A stretch of 64,000 nucleotides of DNA from an uncultured Actinomycetota bacterium (GCA_963830335.1 CAWHLX010000006.1:237347-301346); one strand, 5' to 3'; positions 27,867 through 37,960 are shown, counted from the stretch's first letter. Made by a program: numbers and translations. The notes: generated by a model from the sequence alone, not told the origin.

Positions 27867-28853
27867 TTACGGAAGAACGACCACCTGGGCGGCAAACACG
27901 AGCCCGGCGCCGAATCCGATCTGAAGGGCTAGGTCGCCCGACTTCACCTTGCCTTCGCGGTAGAGGCGCTCGGTGGCCAGTGGGATGGACGCGGCGGAGG
28001 TGTTCCCCGAGTCGATGATGTCGCGCCCTACGGCCACGTCCTCGCGGAGGCCGACCGTCTTGATCATCTGGTCGATGATTCGCATATTCGCCTGGTGGGG
28101 AATGAACGCCTGGATGTCCGTCGGGGCGAGGCCAGCGGCCTCGACGGCCCGGGCGGCGACCTTGGGCATGTCGAACGAGGCCCACTTGAAGACGCTCGCC
28201 CCTTCCTGGCGGAGGGTGGGAAAGTCCGCGCCGTCGCGAACGTCGAGCCACGATGCCGTCATGCCGATCATCGCGGCGCCTTCGGCCTTGGCTCCCCACA
28301 CCGTCGGGCCGATGCCGGGCGTGTCGGAAGGGCCGATAACGACGGCGCCGGCCGCATCGCCGAGAAGGAACGAGATGGAACGGTCCGTCGGGTCGATGTA
28401 GTCGCTCATCTTCTCCGCGCCGACGACGAGGACGTAGGTGCTCTGGCCGGCGCGGACGAGGGCATCCGCCTGGGCGATGGCGTAGCAGTAGCCCGCGCAC
28501 GCCGCGGAGATGTCGAAGGCCGCCGCGGTTCCGCAGCCGAGCCGATCGGCGAGGACGGGGGCGCCGCCCGGCGTCACGTGCGGGTAGGTGAACGTCGAGA
28601 GGATCACGGTGTCGATGAGGACCGCGTCGATCCCCGCAGCGGCAATCGCATCCCGGGACGCCCGCTCAGCGAGATCGATAACGGAGGTTTCGGCGTTGGC
28701 GCGGACGCGGGTGACGATCCCCGTGCGCTGACGGATCCATTCGTCGGACGAGTCGATGGGCCCGGCGACCTCGTCGTTGGTGACGAGGTTCTCGCCCCGC
28801 GCGGCTCCGAGGCCGAGGATGCGCGAGTAGTCCGCCCCGCGGTTGATCGTCAT
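27867..28853 (-). CDS. fabH: beta-ketoacyl-ACP synthase III
   Basis: Active-site Cys context SAACAGYCYA and the C-terminal GFGAGL. Start at ATG 28853 (or GTG 28862). Confidence 0.9.
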   Translation of the reverse strand: MTINRGADYSRILGLGAARGENLVTNDEVAGPIDSSDEWIRQRTGIVTRVRANAETSVIDLAERASRDAIAAAGIDAVLIDTVILSTFTYPHVTPGGAPVLADRLGCGTAAAFDISAACAGYCYAIAQADALVRAGQSTYVLVVGAEKMSDYIDPTDRSISFLLGDAAGAVVIGPSDTPGIGPTVWGAKAEGAAMIGMTASWLDVRDGADFPTLRQEGASVFKWASFDMPKVAARAVEAAGLAPTDIQAFIPHQANMRIIDQMIKTVGLREDVAVGRDIIDSGNTSAASIPLATERLYREGKVKSGDLALQIGFGAGLVFAAQVVVLP

Positions 28854-28858
28854 CTGTG

Positions 28859-29800
28859 TCACGAGTGCGTCTCCATAAGGTCGCGGGCGGAGGTCAGATC
28901 CGCCGGGGTCTTGAGGGCAACGCACGGGATGCCCGGCATGCTTCGCTTGGCGAGGCCCGTCAGGACCCCTCCCGGCGCGGCTTCGATGATCGCGGTGACG
29001 CCGATGTCCAGCATCCTCTGCTGGCACAGATCCCAGCGTACGGGGTTCGCGACCTGCGCGACCATCAGGTCGAGGGCGCGCGCTCCGGACGCGACGGGGG
29101 AGCCGTCCGCGTTGGACAGAAGAGTCGACGTCGGGTCCGCCACGGCGATGCCAGCGGCGGCGGCGCTGAGCGTCGCAACGGCGGGCTTCATGTACGTCGT
29201 GTGGAAGGCGCCCGCCACCTGAAGCTCGACCACGCGAGACTTGGCTGGCGGCTCGGCGAGGAGGCGGGCGATCGCGTCCCGAGCCCCGGCGGCGACGACC
29301 TGGCCCCCGCCGTTCACGTTGGCCGGGGTGAGGTCTAGGCGGTCGAGCGTCGCGAGAACGTCGTCGGGGTCTCCCCCGAGGACGGCGGCCATCGATGTCG
29401 GCTCGGACGCGGCGGCCGCGCCAGCCATCGCATTCGCCCTGACGGAAACCAGGAGCATGGCATCGCTGTCGGAGAAGACGCCGGCGAGCGCGCCCGACGC
29501 AAACTCGCCGACGGAGTGGCCGGCGGCGACGGCAGGGGCCGCGTCACCGAGGATCTCCCGGGCCGTCGCGAGTGCGGTGGCGACCAGCAAGGGCTGGGCG
29601 ACGGCCGTGTCGCGTATCGTGTCGGCGCCGGAGGTGGTGCCGTGAGCGACGAGGTCGAGCCCCGCGGCGTCGGCGTAGCGCGCGATGCGCTCGGCGACGG
29701 AGGGCATCTCGAGCCACGGGGAGAGCATCCCCGGGGCTTGGGCGCCCTGTCCGGGGCAGACGACGGCTAGCACGTCTTCCAGGGTGCCCGACTCGGGCAC
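28859..29800 (-). CDS. fabD: ACP S-malonyltransferase
   Basis: Has PGQGAQ and the active-site GHSVGE. Confidence 0.92.
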   Translation of the reverse strand: MPESGTLEDVLAVVCPGQGAQAPGMLSPWLEMPSVAERIARYADAAGLDLVAHGTTSGADTIRDTAVAQPLLVATALATAREILGDAAPAVAAGHSVGEFASGALAGVFSDSDAMLLVSVRANAMAGAAAASEPTSMAAVLGGDPDDVLATLDRLDLTPANVNGGGQVVAAGARDAIARLLAEPPAKSRVVELQVAGAFHTTYMKPAVATLSAAAAGIAVADPTSTLLSNADGSPVASGARALDLMVAQVANPVRWDLCQQRMLDIGVTAIIEAAPGGVLTGLAKRSMPGIPCVALKTPADLTSARDLMETHS

Positions 29801-29839
29801 CCTGGACCCACTCGCGGGCCTCCAACGTCGCCCGCCTGG

Positions 29840-29857
29840 TTTGTGCGATTCCTACAA
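29840..29857. promoter_or_regulatory. inverted repeat TTTGT-N9-ACAA upstream of fabD, candidate MabR/FasR operator
   Basis: TTTGTgcgattcctACAA overlaps the regulator stop codon and lies 40-57 nt upstream of the fabD start. It is locally AT-richer than its surroundings. Confidence 0.3.
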
Positions 29858-31033
29858 GGGGGCATGGCTCGAATCCCTCAGGCGACCGAGGGCGAAGGCA
29901 ATGTCGAGCACGTGTGCGTCGCGTGTTGTCAGGGCATCCCAGCCCGTCAGGTCGGTGACCTTCTTGAGGCGGTAGCGCACGGTGTTGGCGTGGACGAACA
30001 TCGTCCGCGACGCGAGTTCCAGCGAGCGTCCGCAGGCGAGGAACATCTCGACCGTCTCGGTCAGCGCGCCGCCCGCCCTGGTGATGGGGTCGTAGGCGAT
30101 CGCCATGAGGCGATCCCTCGCCGACGCGTCCCCGACGAGCACCCGTTCGGGAAGGAGGTCATCGGCCGCGACGGGGCGGGGGGCGAGCGACCACGCAGGG
30201 GCCGCGATGACCCCGGCCAGGGCGGCGCGGGTTGAGCGTGCCACCTCGATGAGAGTGACCGCGGGCGGGCCGATCACCACGGGGCCGGGGCCGAAGTTCG
30301 GCAGGAGCGTGCCGCTCAGCTGCGCGAGGTCCTCGTCGGTCCGCGCAATGACGATGAGGTCCTCGCCGTGAATCCCCACGAGGGCGCCGCGCGAGGCCCG
30401 CCTGATCGTTCGGCGGAGTTCGGCGCTCTCCACCTCGCCCAGTGGCCCGTCGGTAAGCCCGACCATCACCAACGTCGGCCCGGACTTCCACCCGAGCGCC
30501 GCCGCTCGGGAGGGAAGGTCATCGTCCATTTGGCCCCGGACGAGTGCATCGACGACGAGCGCCTCGAGCCGGGCGTCCCACGCGCCGCGCGATTCCGCGG
30601 CCCTCGCGTAGACCTCGGCGGCGCTGAACGCGATCTCCCTCGAGTAGCGAAGGATCGCCATCCTCAGTTCCGCCTCCGTGCCGGGCGAGGCGAAGTCGTC
30701 ACAGTGGTCCTCGACGACCGTCACCACCGTGCGGACGATGCTCAGGGTGTGCTGGAGGGAGATGGAGCGGGTCAGTTCGGGCGGCGCGGCGGCGAAGACC
30801 TCGGCCGCGCCCTTTCCGGGGAGTGTGGGCGCGGCGTACCAGGCGACGAAGGCGCTGATGCCCGCCTGGGCGACGGCGCCCACCCACGATCGCTCGCGCG
30901 CGGGCAACTCGCGAAACCAGGGATACTCGGAGTCGAGGCTCTTGATGGCGGCGGTCGACAGCACGCCCGTTCCCGCGCGAAGGCGACGCAGCGTCTCGGA
31001 GCGTGTGTCGCGGGGAGCCATACCCGACAGCAT
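29852..31033 (-). CDS. PucR-family transcriptional regulator, MabR (Rv2242) / Streptomyces FasR-like
   Basis: C-terminal PucR HTH (MFVHANTVRYRLKKVTDLTGWD). It sits immediately upstream of the fabD-fabH-acpP-fabF operon, as MabR/FasR does. Confidence 0.85.
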   Translation of the reverse strand: MLSGMAPRDTRSETLRRLRAGTGVLSTAAIKSLDSEYPWFRELPARERSWVGAVAQAGISAFVAWYAAPTLPGKGAAEVFAAAPPELTRSISLQHTLSIVRTVVTVVEDHCDDFASPGTEAELRMAILRYSREIAFSAAEVYARAAESRGAWDARLEALVVDALVRGQMDDDLPSRAAALGWKSGPTLVMVGLTDGPLGEVESAELRRTIRRASRGALVGIHGEDLIVIARTDEDLAQLSGTLLPNFGPGPVVIGPPAVTLIEVARSTRAALAGVIAAPAWSLAPRPVAADDLLPERVLVGDASARDRLMAIAYDPITRAGGALTETVEMFLACGRSLELASRTMFVHANTVRYRLKKVTDLTGWDALTTRDAHVLDIAFALGRLRDSSHAPL

Positions 31034-31129
31034 AGGGGTCCATTGTGGGAACTCGACAAATCCGTGGCGGTGCTGGCCGTCGCGAGAGCCTGTCGCTAGG
31101 TTGAGAGCACGGTCGAGGAGATCACCACC

Positions 31130-31915
31130 ATGCAGCGATTTCGTGGCAAGCCAGCGCTCGGCGCCGTGCTCGGCGCCGTCACGGGCGTCATCGCCGTCCT
31201 AGTCCTCCAGCAGGGTGCCATCGTCCTCCCAACGCGGCTGGTGGTCTTCGGAATCCTCGGCATCACGACGAGCGCGGGCTCCCTCCTGCTGACGGTCGAG
31301 TACCGCAGGGTCGCCGTCCTCACGATTCACTCGATTGCCCTCCTCTCGGTCGCGTTCGCGCTCACGGGAATCCCCGCAATGGCGGCTCGCGGCGACCTTT
31401 CGGGCCCGTGCACCGTCTCGGCCGTCTCGTCCTTCCCCGACGACGGTAGTCCGGCGCGCACCTCGGTGAGCGACCCCTTCGACATCGACCCCGTCGGCAC
31501 CCTCGACTGGCGCGTCGCGTTCCCCGAGCCCTACGAGACCTGGTCGGGAACCCTTGGCATGGACATCGCGGGATTCGCGATCCCGGTGTGGACCCAGGGT
31601 TTCGACAACACCGCGAAGGAGACGTCTCGGGAGGGGAGAGAGGATGTGCGGAGTGACATGCACGAGGTGGAGGAGATTTCGGGACTGACGCTCACGGGTG
31701 TCTACCACGTGTTCGCATCCGTCGAGGCTCCCGGCGGCTCCTGCCGGGCGGACGTGTATGTGAGGATCGCGCCGGCGAGCCTCTTCTCCGGGTCGATCCT
31801 CCAGGGGCTGTGGACCTGCGCGGCGATCGTGGCGCTGATCTTCGCGGCCTACATCGTCCAGGTGAGACGCGCTCCAGCCGACGCCGACGACGCCCCCGAT
31901 CGGGCCGCTCCCTAA
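31130..31915 (+). CDS. hypothetical membrane protein, paralog A (3 N-terminal TM, extracytoplasmic Cys-containing domain, C-terminal TM)
   Basis: A 261-aa ORF with the same topology and several alignable blocks as the next gene (GDLSGPCTV.. / GDLNGGCTL.., DPFDIDPVGTLDW / DPFVVDPAGSIEW). Confidence 0.65.
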   Translation: MQRFRGKPALGAVLGAVTGVIAVLVLQQGAIVLPTRLVVFGILGITTSAGSLLLTVEYRRVAVLTIHSIALLSVAFALTGIPAMAARGDLSGPCTVSAVSSFPDDGSPARTSVSDPFDIDPVGTLDWRVAFPEPYETWSGTLGMDIAGFAIPVWTQGFDNTAKETSREGREDVRSDMHEVEEISGLTLTGVYHVFASVEAPGGSCRADVYVRIAPASLFSGSILQGLWTCAAIVALIFAAYIVQVRRAPADADDAPDRAAP

Positions 31916-31993
31916 GACCCCCCATCCACGCGAGCCTGGCCACCGCGGAGAATCCTCGCTAGCGTTGATGGCGACTCTGGGAGGGGTCTCACC

Positions 31994-33034
31994 GTGAATA
32001 CATCAAAGGGAATGCCGATTCTCGGCGCACTTCTCGGCGGCCTTGGCGCCCTCGTCCTCATCCTGATCCTCGCGTTCGGCGCCATTGTCCCGCCCACGCA
32101 GTTCGTCGTCTGGGGCCTCCTTGGCCTCGGCATCATCGTCGGCTCGCGGATGCTGGCAGTCACCGCGAAGTCCGCCCGCTTCATCACCATCCTCGTCGTC
32201 GCCATTGCGATGCTCGTGTGGTCAGCCGTCGGGCTCCCGGCGCACTTCGCCAACGGCGACCTCAACGGGGGCTGCACGCTCGCTGGCACCTCATCGGACA
32301 CCGGCGGCTTGCCGCTCGACGCCGCGACGCCGCAACAGACATCGGTCGCGGACCCGTTCGTTGTTGATCCAGCGGGCTCGATCGAGTGGAGCGGCAGCAC
32401 CCCGGGCGCCTTCGAAGGCTGGAGGGCGTGGCTCGCCGTGGACGTCGGCGGCTTCGTCTTCCACGTCTGGGATGGCGGGCACGGCAACTCGGGCCTCGAC
32501 CCCGACGAGGGTGGCGTCATCGATGTCGGCTCGCAGATCAACGATTTCGAGAACACCACCCACCTCCGCATCGCGGGCATCGTGCACTTGTTTGGGAACA
32601 TCTCGTCGCAGGACGGCGCGTGCGATATGGACGCCTACCTGGAGGTCCCGTCCGACGGCCTGTTCTCGGGGCCGGTGCTGATCGCGTCGTGGGTGATCCT
32701 GGCGATCATCGCCATCGTGCTCATCGCGCTGATGGTTCCCGTGTGCCGCGTTCGCAAGGGCCTCGCGGCCGCCGCGTCCCCGCTCGGCGGGGCGGCTGGG
32801 GCAGGCGCGGCCACGGCGAAGGCGCTCGACGGGGCCGACGCGACAGATCGGGCGACCGGCGATTCGGGGGAAGCCGCCGAGGCGACGGGGACCGCCGCTC
32901 CGGGCGCGCCGCCCACCGCCACACGCGGGAACGACGACGCGTCGACCGCGAAGGCGCCTGGCGGGGAGGGGCCTCGAACGGGTGCGCCGGCTAAGAATCG
33001 CGCGCCGAGGAAGACGCCACCCAAGGAGGGTTAG
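31994..33034 (+). CDS. hypothetical membrane protein, paralog B, with long Ala/Gly/Pro-rich C-terminal tail
   Basis: A 346-aa ORF paralogous to 31130..31915. The start is GTG 31994 or ATG 32012. Confidence 0.65.
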   Translation: MNTSKGMPILGALLGGLGALVLILILAFGAIVPPTQFVVWGLLGLGIIVGSRMLAVTAKSARFITILVVAIAMLVWSAVGLPAHFANGDLNGGCTLAGTSSDTGGLPLDAATPQQTSVADPFVVDPAGSIEWSGSTPGAFEGWRAWLAVDVGGFVFHVWDGGHGNSGLDPDEGGVIDVGSQINDFENTTHLRIAGIVHLFGNISSQDGACDMDAYLEVPSDGLFSGPVLIASWVILAIIAIVLIALMVPVCRVRKGLAAAASPLGGAAGAGAATAKALDGADATDRATGDSGEAAEATGTAAPGAPPTATRGNDDASTAKAPGGEGPRTGAPAKNRAPRKTPPKEG

Positions 33035-33060
33035 GGGGTCCACCGAGGGCTCAGGGTGAA

Positions 33061-33096
33061 CGGGCGAGGGCGCCGCCGTGAGGCGAGCCCCTCGCC
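33061..33096. terminator. bidirectional hairpin between convergent genes (9-bp stem GGGCGAGGG/CCCTCGCCC plus inner CGCC/GGCG)
   Basis: Inverted repeat seen directly, located between the paralog B stop (33034) and the aceE stop (33122). Confidence 0.45.
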
Positions 33097-33121
33097 CGTC
33101 ACGCAAGCGACGCCGCCGGTC

Positions 33122-35833
33122 TTACGCGTCCCCGCCCGAGTTGCCCGAGGCTCCCGCACGCGGGTCGAGCAACTGGTACTTGTTGATCGCGGTCGCCACG
33201 GAACCGGCGGGGACCTCGCCTCGACGCTCCAGATGTTGAAGCACGCGGGTCGCCGTGGAGGGGCCGTCGATGTGGAAGAACCGTCGCGCCGCGGGCCTCG
33301 TGTCGGAGAAGCCGAAGCCGTCCGCGCCGAGGGTAGAGTACTCGCCCGGGACCCACGCGCGGATCTGGTCGACGACCAGGTGGTCGAAGTCCGAGGTCGC
33401 GACGAAGGGTCCGTCGGAGCCCTGGAGGACCCGGGTCAGGTACGGCACGCGCGGGGCTGCTCCGGGGTCGAGGAAGGCCTCGTCTTCGCACTCGAGTGCC
33501 TCGCGGCGAAGCTCGCTCCAGGAGGTGACCGACCAGACGTCGGCGCGGACCCCCCAGTCGTCGGCGAGCAACTGCTGCGCCTCCATCGCCCATTGGACCC
33601 CGACGCCCGAGGCGAGGATCTGCGCCCTGGGGCCTTCGCCCTCGGCGTGGCTCACGCGGTGGATCCCCCGAATGATGCCCTCGACGTCCACGTCGGCGGG
33701 CTCGTCCGGCTGCGTGATGGGTTCGTTGTAGACGGTGATGTAGTAGAAGACGTTCGGGTCGCGGCCGTCGGGGTCGCCGTACATCCGCTCGATGCCGTCG
33801 CGGACGATGTGGGCGATCTCGTAGGCGTAGGCGGGGTCGTAGATGACCGCCGCCCGGTTCGTTCCCGCGAGGAGCGGGGAGTGGCCGTCGGCGTGCTGCA
33901 GGCCCTCGCCCGTCAGAGTCGTCCGTCCGGCAGTTGCACCGAGGAGGAACCCGCGGGTGAGCTGGTCTCCCGCCGCCCAGAGCTGGTCGCCCGTGCGCTG
34001 GAATCCGAACATCGAGTAGAAGATGTAGAACGGGACGAGCGGGACGCCGTGGCTCGCATACGCGGTTCCGACCGCCTGGAATGCCGCGGCGGAGCCGGCC
34101 TCGTTGATTCCCGTGTGCATGATCTGGCCGGACTCGGACTCCTTGTACGAGAGCATCAGTTCGCGGTCGACCGGCAGGTAGTTCTGTCCGCGCGTGTTGA
34201 AGATTTTCGCGCTGGGGAAGATGGAGTCGAGGCCGAAGGTGCGGGCCTCGTCCGGGATGATCGGGACGACGCGGTGACCGAAGTCCTTGTCCTTGATGAG
34301 GTCCTTGACCAGGCGCACGATCGCCATCGTCGTCGCGACCTTCTGCTTGCCGGAGCCCTTCTTGAACTGCTCGTAGACCTCCGGATCGGGCATGGCGATC
34401 GCGGTGTGAGGGTCCCGCCGCTCGGGCACGAAGCCCCCGAGCGCCCTGCGGCGCGCGAGCATGTACTGGATTTCGGTCCGGTCCATACCCGGGTGGTAGT
34501 ACGGCGGGTGGTACGGGTCGGCCTCAAGCTGCTCGTCCGTGAACGGAATCTCGAAGGTGTCGCGAAGGGTCTTCAGGTCGTTCACCGCGAGCTTCTTCAT
34601 CTGGTGCGTCGCGTTGCGGCCGGCGAAGTTGGTGCCGAGGCCGTAGCCCTTGATCGTCTTCGCGAGGATGACGGTGGGCTTGCCGTTGGGCTCGTTGACC
34701 GCGCGGTTGTAGGCCGCGTAGACCTTCCGGTAGTCGTGGCCCCCCCGCTTGAGCGCCCAGATCTGATCGTCCGTCATGTCCGCGACGAGCTCCTTGGCGC
34801 GCGGGTCGCCGCCGAAGAAGTGGTCGCGAATGAAGGCTCCCGACTCCGCCTTGTAGGTCTGGAAGTCTCCGTCGGGGACGGTGTTCATCAGGTTGAGGAG
34901 CGCGCCATCCTTGTCCGAGGCGAGCAGCGCATCCCAGCTACGCCCCCAGATGACCTTGATGACGTTCCAGCCCGCGCCGCGGAAGTACGCCTCGAGCTCC
35001 TGGATGATCTTGCCGTTGCCGCGTACGGGCCCGTCGAGGCGCTGGAGGTTGCAGTTGACGACGAAGGTGAGGTTGTCGAGGCCCTGATTCGCGGCGAGCT
35101 GCAGCATGCCGCGGCTCTCGGGCTCGTCCATTTCGCCGTCGCCGAGGAATGCCCATACATGCTGCTCGGACGTGTCCTTGAGCCCGCGCAGGTGCATGTA
35201 GCGGTTCGTCCACGCCTGGTAGATCGCCGAGGCCGGGCCGAGGCCCATCGAGACCGTCGGGAATTCCCAGAGATCGGGCATGAGGCGCGGATGCGGGTAG
35301 CTTGAAAGCCCGCGGCCGGGACCGGACTTCTCCTGCCGGAACGAGTCGAGATCGTCCTCGGTGAAGCGTCCCTCGACGAAGCCGCGCGCGTAGACGCCCG
35401 GCGCCGCGTGTCCCTGGAAGTAGACGTGGTCGCCGCCGCCCGGGTGATCCTTGCCGCGGAAGAAGTGGTTGAGTCCGACCTCGTACAGCGTCGCGACCGA
35501 TGCGTACGACGAGATGTGGCCGCCGACGCCCTTACCGCCCGCCTGCGCGCGGGTCACCATCACGGCCGCGTTCCAGCGGATCCACCGGCGGTAGTACCGC
35601 TCCGTTTCCTCGTCACCGGGGAAGTCGGGCTCGTTGTCAGCGGAAATCGTGTTGACGTACGGGGTGTTGAGGCTGAGCGGAAGGCTCAACTGCTCGTTCG
35701 CGGCGTGCTCGACCAATTGGCGAAGGACGTACTCGGCGCGAGTGGGGCCATCGGCGGCGATCATCCCGTTGAGGGACTCGATCCATTCGGCGGTCTCTTC
35801 CGGATCCTTGTCGACATCGTCGAAGTTCGTCAC
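33122..35833 (-). CDS. aceE: pyruvate dehydrogenase (acetyl-transferring) E1 component, homodimeric type
   Basis: [13 protein letters not shown]-terminus and the ThDP motif [10 protein letters not shown]; about 900 aa. I chose the start at GTG 35833 because it has an AGGAGG RBS. Confidence 0.93.
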   Translation of the reverse strand: MTNFDDVDKDPEETAEWIESLNGMIAADGPTRAEYVLRQLVEHAANEQLSLPLSLNTPYVNTISADNEPDFPGDEETERYYRRWIRWNAAVMVTRAQAGGKGVGGHISSYASVATLYEVGLNHFFRGKDHPGGGDHVYFQGHAAPGVYARGFVEGRFTEDDLDSFRQEKSGPGRGLSSYPHPRLMPDLWEFPTVSMGLGPASAIYQAWTNRYMHLRGLKDTSEQHVWAFLGDGEMDEPESRGMLQLAANQGLDNLTFVVNCNLQRLDGPVRGNGKIIQELEAYFRGAGWNVIKVIWGRSWDALLASDKDGALLNLMNTVPDGDFQTYKAESGAFIRDHFFGGDPRAKELVADMTDDQIWALKRGGHDYRKVYAAYNRAVNEPNGKPTVILAKTIKGYGLGTNFAGRNATHQMKKLAVNDLKTLRDTFEIPFTDEQLEADPYHPPYYHPGMDRTEIQYMLARRRALGGFVPERRDPHTAIAMPDPEVYEQFKKGSGKQKVATTMAIVRLVKDLIKDKDFGHRVVPIIPDEARTFGLDSIFPSAKIFNTRGQNYLPVDRELMLSYKESESGQIMHTGINEAGSAAAFQAVGTAYASHGVPLVPFYIFYSMFGFQRTGDQLWAAGDQLTRGFLLGATAGRTTLTGEGLQHADGHSPLLAGTNRAAVIYDPAYAYEIAHIVRDGIERMYGDPDGRDPNVFYYITVYNEPITQPDEPADVDVEGIIRGIHRVSHAEGEGPRAQILASGVGVQWAMEAQQLLADDWGVRADVWSVTSWSELRREALECEDEAFLDPGAAPRVPYLTRVLQGSDGPFVATSDFDHLVVDQIRAWVPGEYSTLGADGFGFSDTRPAARRFFHIDGPSTATRVLQHLERRGEVPAGSVATAINKYQLLDPRAGASGNSGGDA

Positions 35834-36048
35834 GTGCGTCGTCCTCCTGGCGGGCGCAGAAAGGTGGGCGCCCACGGTTACGGGCGGGGGTGTCCCACCA
35901 ACCGCCCCCATTGTTGTCACATCCGTGGCGATTGTCACGCCAGCGCCGGTGGGGCCGAGTCGTTGCGGGGTCGGACGCGGTGCCCGTAGGGTGGTGCCAG
36001 GTGCGCGATGCGCGCTGGCATCCAAATGGGGAAGGGGACTGTTCCTCC

Positions 36049-36477
36049 GTGGCGCGAGAGTCGGCAGCGAAGGCCGTGGACCCCGCGGTTATTGCGCGGT
36101 TCGGTTTGGCCAAGGACATGGTCGTCCAGGAGTTCTTCCGGGATGAAGACGCAGACGAAGGACTTCGGTCCGCATTAGCCGCCGAGGCCGGCCATGATCT
36201 GGTCGGGGAGGACTACGGGGACGTCACGGACGTTGCCCTAGTTTGGTACCGCGACGGCGATGACGACCTGGCGGATCTCCTCATGGACGTTCAGACGCTT
36301 CTTGACGACAAGGGCGTCGTCTGGCTCCTGACCCCAAAGGCGGGTCGGTCGAACCACGTTGGGCCCCAGGACATCGAAGAGGGAGCCTCGCTCGCGGGGC
36401 TTCACGCGACCTCGACCTTCGTCGCCGGCGCCGACTGGACGGCGACCCAACTCGTGGAGAAGGGGCGCCATCGGTGA
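36049..36477 (+). CDS. DUF3052 domain-containing protein (Rv2239c-like)
   Basis: [20 protein letters not shown]...[17 protein letters not shown]...[14 protein letters not shown] is alignable to my memory of Rv2239c. The start is uncertain. The stop overlaps the ahpE start (GTGA). Confidence 0.7.
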   Translation: MARESAAKAVDPAVIARFGLAKDMVVQEFFRDEDADEGLRSALAAEAGHDLVGEDYGDVTDVALVWYRDGDDDLADLLMDVQTLLDDKGVVWLLTPKAGRSNHVGPQDIEEGASLAGLHATSTFVAGADWTATQLVEKGRHR

Positions 36478-36932
36478 GCCACCCGCTCATCGGCACCCTC
36501 GCTCCCGACTTCACCCTGATCAACCAGGCGGGGACGCCGATCACGCTCTCGGGGCTGAGGGAGACGCCCGTCCTCGTCGTCTTCATCCCCTTCGCCTTCT
36601 CGCCGCTGTGCACGAGCGAGATCATCGACCTGCGAGATTCCGGCGACCTCGCCCCGGAGGAAGCGTTGCGCGTCGTCACCATCTCGTGCGACTCGGTCTT
36701 CGCCAACCGCGCGTGGACCGACGCGACGCAGTACAAGCGCGACGTGCTTTCGGACTTCTGGCCGCACGGAGCCGTGTGCCGCGCCTATGGGATCTTCGAC
36801 GAGAAGGTCGGACGCGCGGTGCGCGCGAGCTTCCTGGTTGACACCGGGGGCGTGGTCCGCTGGGCGACGGTCAACGACGCCGACCACGTGCGAGACGTCG
36901 GCGACTACGCCGAGGCCATCGCCGCCCTGTGA
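36474..36932 (+). CDS. ahpE: peroxiredoxin, AhpE-like (1-Cys)
   Basis: LAPDFTLINQAGTPITL...LVVFIPFAFSPLCTSE peroxidatic Cys context, in synteny with aceE/DUF3052. Confidence 0.85.
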   Translation: MSHPLIGTLAPDFTLINQAGTPITLSGLRETPVLVVFIPFAFSPLCTSEIIDLRDSGDLAPEEALRVVTISCDSVFANRAWTDATQYKRDVLSDFWPHGAVCRAYGIFDEKVGRAVRASFLVDTGGVVRWATVNDADHVRDVGDYAEAIAAL

Positions 36933-36962
36933 CGGGCGGGCGGGGCGGTCGCGCACCGCGCG

Positions 36963-37040
36963 GCACCGCGAGCGTTCCCGCTACTCGCCGCGCAGCACCG
37001 CGAGCGTTTCCGCTACTCGCCGCGCAGCACCGCCAGCGCG
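36963..37040. repeat. 32-bp tandem repeat, about 2.4 copies (GCACCGCGAGCGTTyCCGCTACTCGCCGCGCA)
   Basis: Copies at 36963-36994 and 36995-37026, with a partial copy from 37027. The last copy supplies the stop codon and final codons of the minus-strand lipoprotein gene. Confidence 0.8.
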
Positions 37041-37918
37041 TCCGCGGCGGACATTCCCGGCGTGATCTCGGGCAGGTAGAGCATCTCGATGAGGCTCTCG
37101 TCGAGCGCGGAGTACTTCGTCGGTGACGTCCATCCCTGGTAGAACATGCTGTCCTCGTGCGAGTACGAGTCGTTCATCAGCCCGAGGGACTGGGTCACCT
37201 CCTCGCGAATGATGTGGTCGCGCTCGGTCTGGGTGATTCCCGTGGTCGACACGAGGATTCGGGCGCGCGTGATGCTGCCGCCGCCGTCCCACCACGTCCA
37301 GAAGAAACCCATGTTGACGGGGATGTATTCGGGAGCGATTTCGCTGAACTCGGGCTCCGGCGCGAAATAGACATCCACATTCGCCTCCGACCCGACGACC
37401 TCGACTTCGATCGGCCCGATGAGGGCGTTGAGGTCCACCACCACGTCGTCCAGCGTCGCGAGATCCTCGTCCGTTGGGTCGCCGTGGACGGCGATTCTCA
37501 CGTCCGTCGTCCACTTTCTGATCTCGCCCGCGCCGTCACCGTACTCGGGCGAAAGGGCGATCGCCGAGAAGTAGTCGAGGGCCGCGGCCGAGTAGTGGTG
37601 GCGCTCCGGGGTGGGGTCGGTTGACGGCGCCGCGGTGGACGGTGCCGCGGTGGACGGTGCCGCGGTGGAGGCCGGGTGCGCCGCGGTGGACGGTGCCGCG
37701 GTGGAGGCCGGGTGCGCCGCGGGTGTGCCTGCGCGGAGAAGAGAGCATCCCGTGAGGGCGAGCGCGAGGAATACCAGCGCCGTGAATCGTGGCGCGTTGC
37801 TCCGAGTTGCGCCGCGCCCCGAGGTTCCGTTCCCCGGGGTTCCGTCTCGAAGGCCGCCGTGTCGAGTCACGCCTCCATTATGGGCGGCCGTTGTGGGCGG
37901 CGTGCGTTGGCGGGGCAT
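37013..37918 (-). CDS. lipoprotein with Ala/Pro/Ser/Thr repeats and a possible metallopeptidase-like C-terminal domain (DUF2927-like?)
   Basis: Lipobox LALTGC, tandem AAHPASTAAPST repeats, and a conserved-looking block ERDHIIREEVTQSLGLMNDS. The start is uncertain (37918 or an internal GTG). Confidence 0.65.
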   Translation of the reverse strand: MPRQRTPPTTAAHNGGVTRHGGLRDGTPGNGTSGRGATRSNAPRFTALVFLALALTGCSLLRAGTPAAHPASTAAPSTAAHPASTAAPSTAAPSTAAPSTDPTPERHHYSAAALDYFSAIALSPEYGDGAGEIRKWTTDVRIAVHGDPTDEDLATLDDVVVDLNALIGPIEVEVVGSEANVDVYFAPEPEFSEIAPEYIPVNMGFFWTWWDGGGSITRARILVSTTGITQTERDHIIREEVTQSLGLMNDSYSHEDSMFYQGWTSPTKYSALDESLIEMLYLPEITPGMSAADALAVLRGE

Positions 37919-37960
37919 CGTTGCGAAGACCTAGTGCCGCAGATAGGGAAGAATGTCTCC

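Noticed and set aside
33056-35305. A 749-aa ORF antisense to aceE. Similar long antisense ORFs include 62143..63798 opposite glnA, 14748..16241 opposite amt, 17953..20085 opposite the membrane protein, 38673..40298 and 10918..12450.
   Set aside because: All lie opposite genes with unmistakable family motifs and have Arg/Gly/Asp/Val-rich low-complexity translations. Stop-codon scarcity in 70% GC DNA produces them by chance.
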